64,000 nt of DNA from positions 14,814,587 to 14,878,586 of the forward strand of contig CM120648.1 in the NCBI GenBank assembly GCA_051362555.1, in the 5' to 3' direction. This document shows positions 56,871 to 64,000 of this stretch, piece after piece. Origin of the DNA: Lingula anatina. Lineage: Eukaryota > Animalia > Brachiopoda. The notes beneath the pieces are model-generated. The model worked only from the letters and a program-made list of their open reading frames with translations, searched no databases and was not told the DNA's origin. Position 1 is the stretch's first letter, and every line of letters begins with the position of its first letter. A program made the position numbers and the translations under genes.

Positions 56871-58613
56871 GTTTCTGTGGTTTTAGGTCAGTAAGACGAC
56901 AATTAATAAAATAACTAATCATTAATACTGAATAATCCACTGTTTACCTTTCTACCCCCTCCTAACCCTCTGTCTTGTCTCCCTGCAGGTGCTGGCTCGG
57001 GGCTGGTCCCCATGTACATGACGGAGATTGCCCCGGTAAACATCCGTGGAGCTATGGGAGTGCTCCATCAGCTGGCCCTCACCACAGGAATCCTGGTCTC
57101 TCAGATCTTTGGACTGCGGCAGATACTGGGTAAAAACACTTTGTCATTATGAATACTGTATAATGCAAATTGTTTTTTAAAGATCCAACAAACTGTTTAG
57201 TTAGTGAATGTCGTGAATAAGCTTCAAACTCCGTAGATATATATATTTAGTTTACGCAAAAAAAGCCAACTTCAGTCTTTTCTATCATAGAGATTGCAGT
57301 TTAGAATTTGCATATGTATATGTACATTACATTTTCAACATTGAAGCTAAATGCATAAAGCAAACTGGATATATGGTTTGAGATGCTGAAACATCATTCA
57401 GTGTATTTTAGCAGTTAAGCTTCAAAATTTACGTTGTTGTTGTTGTTGATCATGTAGGTAACGAAAACTGGCCCATTTTATTGGCGTTCGTTGGCGTCCC
57501 GTGTCTGATCTCCGCATTCATCCTGCCGTGGTTCCCAGACAGTCCCAGGTACACGCTGATTAAACTGAAGAAGGAAAAAGAGGCACAGGAAGGTACATCT
57601 TTCCTTTCTATCTGAACACGTTGACGACCAGTAGTAGAAAATTTGGTATGATTAAAACATAATTGATACAAAGAAAAAGTCAGCGAAAAAGATCGGTAAA
57701 TGTTCAGCGTGCCAACTGTGTAACTATAAGCCTAAATGCAAACAGTAATTAAGATGTTCTGCGTATCTTCATAATGATAGCAGTCTATACCAATAGTGAA
57801 TATACAAGTATACATGTATATACACGATATACGTTCAATTTCTACAGTCATTGTCCATTCGTTGTCCACTTCAGTGTTATTTATAAAATAGCGCTCTATA
57901 TTTATATAAAATATCTATCATACGCGTGCCAGTTACCCCCCATTATGTACAAGGTATGTCACCTGTGACCTCCTCCTTGTTTCAGCCCTGCAGACGTTCC
58001 GTGGTGCCGACCATGACGTGTCTGCTGACATAGAGGAGATGAGACGTGAACAGAAGCAGCTCCAGAAGCAGCCGCCATGGAGTCTGGGCAAGCTGTTCCG
58101 CAGCAAGATGCACAGAATGCCCTTTATGTTGGTCAGTGCCCTGGCCCTGGCCCAGCAGCTCTCCGGGATCAATGTGGTAAGTGGGATTCTGCAAAACACC
58201 CCTTTAGAACCGCATGCAACGCCTAGAGCTCCTTGTATTGACTACCGTACGTTTTTTTTGTAAAACTCTACTAGAGTCATGTTGACATGATCTAACATGT
58301 CTCCTGAGTTTCAGGTGTTCTACTAGAGTAAGGTTGATAATATCTTCCCGTGTTTCAGGTAGAGTGAGGTTGATAATAGTTGAAATGTCTTCCCGTGTTT
58401 CAGGTGTTCTACTACTCCAGCTCGGTGTTTAAGGATGCCGGTATTCCTGATGACTACGTGCAGTATGCCACCCTGGGGACTGGTATTATCAACGTTATCA
58501 TGACAGTGATTAGTGTAAGTATCAGGAGTTTTATATCTTAGTTTAGTAATAAGGGATTGTTTTTCTTAAAAAAATAAAATTTGCACAACGTTCTTTCTGA
58601 TACTAGTTTTCGT

Positions 58614-58654
<41 letters not shown>

Positions 58655-60661
58655 GTTGTGTTGTGCAATCATATACACTTGTCAAATGACAATTTTCAAT
58701 AATCCCATTGATATAAACTAACATACCTATAGAATAGGAAGACACAAGTAATTGGCAAAAGAGAAGTTTTAGAAAAAAATTATAAAATATTTCTTCAAAT
58801 GTGTATCATAAAAACTTACGAAATGTTGGTTGGAGACACAGATATGTATAAAACATACCGCCTCTGTTGGCCTGCAGGTGCCTCTGATGGAGAAGTCTGG
58901 TCGCCGTATTCTCCTGCTGGGCGGGATGATCCTGATGTTGACCTCTGCTATCATCATCACTATTGCCCTGAACCTGAAGGACATCCTGCCCTGGATGGCC
59001 TACATCTGTGTCATATGTATGCTGCTCTTTGTCATTGGATTTGCCATCGGCTTAGGTAAGATCATTGTCTTCATGGGCCTTCTAAAAATACAAATAGATG
59101 GGAAAGCGTACGTGTGCATTTTTTTTTTCAAATCTGTACTTATGAGCAGACTAATAAACCAGCACCAAACAAAAATAGTTACAAGAATTCTCAACTAACT
59201 TTTAGTATGCTAAGAGGCCATAGGGCAAATGTTGACTAATATAGCAACGGATGCTTGTACACTAGCCCATGGATAAATCATAATTTGTCAATGACTAGCC
59301 TAAACTAGACCGATTTGTAATTAAGCCAGTGGGTTAACAAAACTAACTTTCAACAAATCGTGATAATTTGCAATCACCATCATACAGCCAAAGTCTGTTT
59401 GCATGACATAAATTAGTCGATCAGTCTGAGCTGATTTTGATCGCGACATATTTTAACCTTGTATGTCCTTTCACTCGGTATCTGCAAATTAACCTACTCT
59501 CCATGACATGACTCACGGCCTGTATCACCCTGTGTTCAGGAACCTATGTGAATACTGAGTTGCCGCCAACTGTAACACCAGCAAACTGTATGTCCTCTGA
59601 AACACAGGGTGTCTGTCTGTTGGCTGCCTTATTACACATATGTTGTAGGAATTGACCATTTGAACTGGAGACAGATGTATTACAACTCAGTTATTGATCT
59701 CTGTGTGGGGAAAGGCTTCCTGTTATTGTGCACAATGTGGTTGTTTGGCTTCTTTGACCTTCATGTGTATGATGGCAGTTAATGTCAACAAATTACATGT
59801 ACCCGCAATTAACGTTACAAAGTTAGCGCCCTGTTCTAGAATTTAAAATAATTGTAAATTGTTTTTAATGCTATAATTTGAGTACTTTGTGATGCAAGTG
59901 GAATATTTGATAGAAACATGAAGCAGTACAGATACTTGGTTTGTCTGCCGCATCCTAAGACCGTTGTAAACGTAGACCAAACCATGCAATTGTTTTTTTA
60001 TATGAGCATTATGTACGTAATAAGCTGCTGCTTTGTTTTCCCAGGTTCTATCCCGCAGTTTATTGGTGCTGAACTGTTCAAGCAGGGTCCTCGTCCTGCC
60101 GCTATGTCGTTCGGTGGAATGTTGAACTGGCTGGCCAACACCCTGGTCGGCATCAGCTACCCTTCCATGGAGGTGAGAGACAGGGGGTGGAGACGGGGGG
60201 GAGGGGGGAGGTGGGAGGGAGAGACAGGGGTGTGGAGTTAAAAATTGTCATCGGTATGATCAGCTCTGTCTAAAAGTTATAAATATAAATATACATTATT
60301 CGCATGTTATTGAATTATTTGGGTAGTTAAAGAAGCATTACCTCCATCTGTAATTAGTATTCTACAAATTCCTCTTATTTTTTATGTTTATAATGTGAAG
60401 TTATTATGCAGTGCTAATCATTCCTGTGTACATGATCATGATCCACCGTTCCAGGATGCCATGGGCCCCTACTCCTTCATTGTGTTTGTGGCACTTCTAC
60501 TCTTCTTCTTGATCCTCATCTGGAAGTTCCTCCCCGAGACCAAAAACAAGAGCTTTGCTGAGATAGCTGCCCACTTTGGGATTAAAGAAGACGAGATGGC
60601 GGACGCGGAGGACAACAAAGAATCGGTAGAACTAGTAGAAGCCAATCTTACCACTGTTTAA
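27117..60661 (+). CDS. SLC2A1-like: Solute carrier family 2 facilitated sugar (glucose/hexose) transporter, GLUT1/3-like MFS sugar porter; 492-aa core plus alternative N-terminus (exact orthology uncertain)
   Basis: Spliced core contains sugar-porter motifs [25 protein letters not shown]...[39 protein letters not shown] and LPETKNK, plus an N-glycosylation site (NDT) in loop 1. All junctions GT-AG and phase-consistent. Confidence 0.95.
30298..30639. repeat. 38-bp minisatellite, 9 near-identical copies
   Basis: Unit gtactacagggtgaccagcagggttgttatctagagga, no spacers. Confidence 0.97.
39766..39888. repeat. C-rich tandem repeat (gccatcccctgccc core); G-quadruplex-prone on the minus strand
   Basis: Repeated ccccc(t/g)tgccatcccctgc units. 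Confidence 0.85.
44440..44831 (-). mobile_element. Possible decayed LINE 3' remnant
   Basis: ORF ends [13 protein letters not shown] (resembles a LINE C-terminal HI..CP zinc-knuckle end); downstream on the minus strand is cgaagaggattaatatt(aagt)n, an RTE-like tail. Confidence 0.3.
46163..47982. repeat. 35-bp minisatellite, about 52 copies, with higher-order structure
   Basis: Unit ccaccctgtggtctgtgttgtccttgtgttctata with variant monomers. Confidence 0.97.
48902..48946 (+). CDS. SLC2A candidate first coding exon 1c ([15 protein letters not shown])
   Basis: ataATGA start; AAG|GTAAAG donor phase 0; upstream CCAAT box (48731) and CACGTG (about 48787). Joins to GRVTVPL. Confidence 0.6.
54579..54680 (+). 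CDS. SLC2A core exon (TM1: [34 protein letters not shown])
   Basis: tttctgttccAG acceptor, GAT|GTAAGT donor. Confidence 0.93.
55097..55257 (+). CDS. SLC2A exon (loop 1, TM2, DRFGR)
   Basis: 161 nt; [10 protein letters not shown]...[28 protein letters not shown]. Confidence 0.95.
55618..55742 (+). CDS. SLC2A exon (TM3-TM4)
   Basis: [41 protein letters not shown]; AG/GTAAGT boundaries. Confidence 0.95.
56290..56870 (+). mobile_element. 5'-truncated L2/CR1-clade LINE 3' end with (TAT)n tail
   Basis: Translates [23 protein letters not shown] and [17 protein letters not shown]...[10 protein letters not shown] (L2 ORF2 C-terminus); 3'UTR stem-like tgtaaggcgcc repeat; (tat)n tail. Confidence 0.88.
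56989..57129 (+). CDS. SLC2A exon (TM4-TM5)
   Basis: [47 protein letters not shown]. Confidence 0.95.
57458..57592 (+). CDS. SLC2A exon (TM6, PDSPRY)
   Basis: [45 protein letters not shown]. Confidence 0.93.
57986..58176 (+). CDS. SLC2A exon (cytoplasmic loop, TM7)
   Basis: [23 protein letters not shown]...[13 protein letters not shown]; GTG|GTAAGT donor. Confidence 0.95.
58404..58514 (+). CDS. SLC2A exon (VFYYSS...TM8)
   Basis: [37 protein letters not shown]. Confidence 0.95.
58878..59055 (+). CDS. SLC2A exon (EKSGRR, TM9-TM10)
   Basis: [17 protein letters not shown]...FVIGFAIGL. Confidence 0.95.
60045..60172 (+). CDS. SLC2A exon (TM10-TM11)
   Basis: [43 protein letters not shown]. Confidence 0.95.
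60455..60661 (+). CDS. SLC2A last coding exon (TM12, PETK, ends LTTV*)
   Basis: [11 protein letters not shown]...[16 protein letters not shown]...EANLTTV-TAA. Confidence 0.95.
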   Translation, partial: DAMGPYSFIVFVALLLFFLILIWKFLPETKNKSFAEIAAHFGIKEDEMADAEDNKESVELVEANLTTV

Positions 60662-63446
60662 TGCTAGTCCGTGTAATTAGATGGCTTTTAAGCTTTTATG
60701 TTATTTAATTTCAAGATAAATGTTTACTTCATGCAGTTGTTAAACAGGGCGTGGTCAGGTGTCAAATAATCAGGTCGTTCTTTTACTTCGACGGAAGGGC
60801 TTGCTATCCCGTGTGCAGCGTTTTACTTTTAGTTTGGGTTTTTGCACGTATAGATATTATGTTACATGGAAGTTAAGAAACTGGTGGCTATGAAGATTCC
60901 AAACTTAAACTAGCGCCAGTTCGGAAATGATGTTAGGCGGTGAAGTTGGGACAAGTCCAGTAGTGGTGGATTTGAAGTAGAAGAACAGTTCATATACTTA
61001 GCACTTGCATATAAACTACCAGACCTGACATAACCTTGCCCTGTATAAGTGGATTATGGACGGTACAGTTACATAGTGGGCAATCAAAGGACAAACTAAC
61101 GGGTACCGTTCACCCGAAGACGGTTTGACATCGACATGAACCAGGCACAGTGTCTACTTAAGTTTACTGAAACACCGCCTGCTGTCTGTTCAAGTCAGCT
61201 ACTAGTAGCCACGATAAAAGTAACTGTCACCACTGTAACACTGGTAGAATTCTGGAGAATACAGCCACGGCTGGCGGCTTTCAGTCAAATAATGGCGGCA
61301 GCTCACTTCTAGAGCAGAAGTCTGTTTCAAGCGAGGCACGACGGACCTTTCCCGTCATCACACGGCAGAACTTCGCCTTGTATTATATATACCATATATA
61401 AATGACAAAAAGTTCAGCTTCGGATGTAATGCATCCCACCCCAAGAAACAAAAGACACCCCATGCCAAATATTGCCTGTTGGTTGTTTTTGGTAGTTAAA
61501 GAAAAAGGGTAAAAGTTATTTTAAATTTATCTTTTAAGATTAAAAGGGTATTCCGACAGTAACGGTTAGATATATTTACATTTTATTGTTATGCTATAAG
61601 AAATCTACAACTATTGCCAAATATGTTTAGAATATAACATAGATTTTATTTGAATTTTGGATGTGTTTGGTACATTGTGGTTCCATTTGTTCCTGTCAGT
61701 ATACACCCTGTTGTCGACCAGTAGTTATTATACCTCATATATCTAATGTTATACAGTAAAAGCACTCCGAACAACGTTCATTTAGCGAATATTTATATTA
61801 AAGCTCATAACCACCATGTTAATCAAAATAACATGTTAATTGTATTTTAAGAAATCTCTCGCTGGATGGAGCATTAGATGGAGAACGTTGTCTTAAACAC
61901 TGATACACGTAACCTTCCTTATTTATTTCAGCTGAATTATTTTAGTAATAGGGACCAACCGAAAGCACTCTACTGTTGCCAAGTATTGTATTTTTATCAT
62001 AAATGTAGTATTTGAATATTTTTTGCTAAACGTATTTATTATTTTGGTGTATTTGCTGAGCATTTGCATTACAGTTAGCAACCTATTAGACGAAATTTAG
62101 GTCGAACCTTAAACTCTCTGCCGGCCGCCTGTTTGAAGTTAGTTGTGGCCGATCTTAGGCACACAATCCGCAGGAAAAGTGTCGTCCCAAGAAGGGCTGG
62201 CTCGACTTGTATGTAACCGCACCTTTAGAGTAGAACAAATATCTGTAGAACAGACAGTGTCGCCTGAATGTCAGCGAGATCGCAGTAGGCTGTACATACT
62301 GCAGCAACGTGTGACACAGGGGGCGCCGTAGAAAAGTAACGAGAAGTATTTTTGATATATTTGCTGAGCGGTTGGAATGTGTTTAGAAATGTTATCATGG
62401 TTTCTACGCTAAGACGTAAAGCGAATTATCCTTAGAATAAAAAAATGTTGCTAGTTATTACACATTTTACTCCGATTACCAAGAATAGTGTTTTGTATGT
62501 AAAATGTATCTCCCGAGAGCGGTAAGTTATTAATATAATAGGCTTTCTTGTTATTAGGCAATCGCCAAGCGGTGGGAAGTATAAAATAGGTGTTTTGTTT
62601 CTTTGTAATATAATGTCAGGGACTAAACATCTTATTTAAATATGTATAATACCAAGTTATACTTTATCTAAATTTACTTACAAAATTAACAGATGTCGGC
62701 AGTGACATTGAATTGTTGAATTACATTTATAATATTAATATTTATCATTGACACCCGTAGTACTTAAGCGTACCATTTAATACGTTACCTCATTATAGCT
62801 CTATTTATTGTTTTGGTATGTCTCAGTACTCGAATTCATGCACCAGTACATTGTACATATAACATAGGATGTTAAGAGGGAGTGAGGTTTACATTGTGCA
62901 TGTAGAATAGTAGACTAAATGATGTGTTCATCTCAGACCGTATATCGGGCTTACTGGCGTCAAGAGTGGACTATCCCGCCCGGATGCTCTCTATGTTATG
63001 TGGCTGTCTAGTTACGCAAGTAAACCCCCTATCCGGTTTAGGATTACTTTTGTCTCAACGCGACTGCCAGGAAAAGGAAGTAATAGAAGGTAGAAATAGA
63101 ATGTAGGAGGAATAAGAAGTCGTTTGCATTCGCTATGTAGCCACTCTTTCTCTCTGAGTATTACCAACAATGATGTATAGTGCCAACATAGATATATAAG
63201 TTAACATTGACCAGTCATATTCTGTAGTTTTAATTGCTTTCTTTCCATTAGACTGCCACTAAGGTCGCCTATAGGAAATATATTCGCCGTGACCTCCAAA
63301 GTTAGAATCATTTATTTATACGTTATGTTTGTTATTGCATCTTACTGTAACTTAGTAAATTCATTATATCTTTATTTTGTGAATTTATCACAAAAAGGTG
63401 GTGTAAACCGTACCTAAGGGAGCATTTCAGTGTGTCGCTGTGGATG

Positions 63447-63469
63447 AATAAAACGTGTTGTTGAATAAA
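63447..63469 (+). terminator. Candidate tandem polyadenylation signals (AATAAA x2) ending a long SLC2A 3'UTR
   Basis: AATAAA at 63447 and 63464 followed by a GT/T-rich tract; another AATAAA at 62436. Confidence 0.35.
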
Positions 63470-64000
63470 TACTTGTTTCTTTTGAGCGTTTATGCTGCAT
63501 TGCCACATGACTTCTTAATGTTTCTGGGTCTCATTTGTCACATTAGTTAATTATAGTGGACGGCTAGAGTGTCACATAGTTGTACATCCTAACGTATTAT
63601 TTGTATAACCCCTTGCATTGCTATTAAACAGAAAGCGATGCAGTTTTGGAAGTCCAACTCACATTTGTTTGTTTCCCAGCACCATGGTTTCTAGGAGTAT
63701 ATCTTTAGAAGGTGATTTTAGTAATTAACCATCATTATTATTTTGCTATCTAACCACTGCCTTTATGAAAACCTTATTTACCGGTTAAGCTTGTATGTTT
63801 CTCTGCAGCATGCTTATTTGTTGTCTTTATGTTTTAATTCCCTTATATTTCTAGGATTTCAAGTATTTTAGTTCAGCACATGCGCTTAGTGTTGGCTTAG
63901 ATAGTTCTTTGTTTTTATTAATATTGTTTACAATATTTTAAAGTGTCTTATTTGGTGTTGAGTTTGCATACATTTGTTCTTAACTCTGTTTTTCCTGTGC

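Overview
AT-rich eukaryotic (invertebrate, probably mollusc-like) genomic DNA with two intron-containing genes arranged head-to-head. (1) Minus strand, 24114->9315: a 10-exon TMEM201/Samp1/Ima1 inner nuclear membrane protein gene; hand-spliced model about 599 aa with GT-AG junctions and consistent phases. (2) Plus strand: an SLC2A/GLUT facilitative sugar transporter with 10 core exons (54579-60661) and three candidate phase-0 alternative first coding exons (24427, 27117, 48902). Its substrate-site residues deviate from GLUT1. Introns carry an endonuclease-region LINE fragment, an L2-type 3' end, several MITEs with visible TIRs/TSDs (two nested insertions), a Helentron/HINE-like element carrying a 161-bp satellite, and minisatellites, one with a 243-bp higher-order period. 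No prokaryote-type system, CRISPR array, rRNA or intact tRNA was seen. Most short ORFs in the track are noise. All models were derived by eye without database searches.
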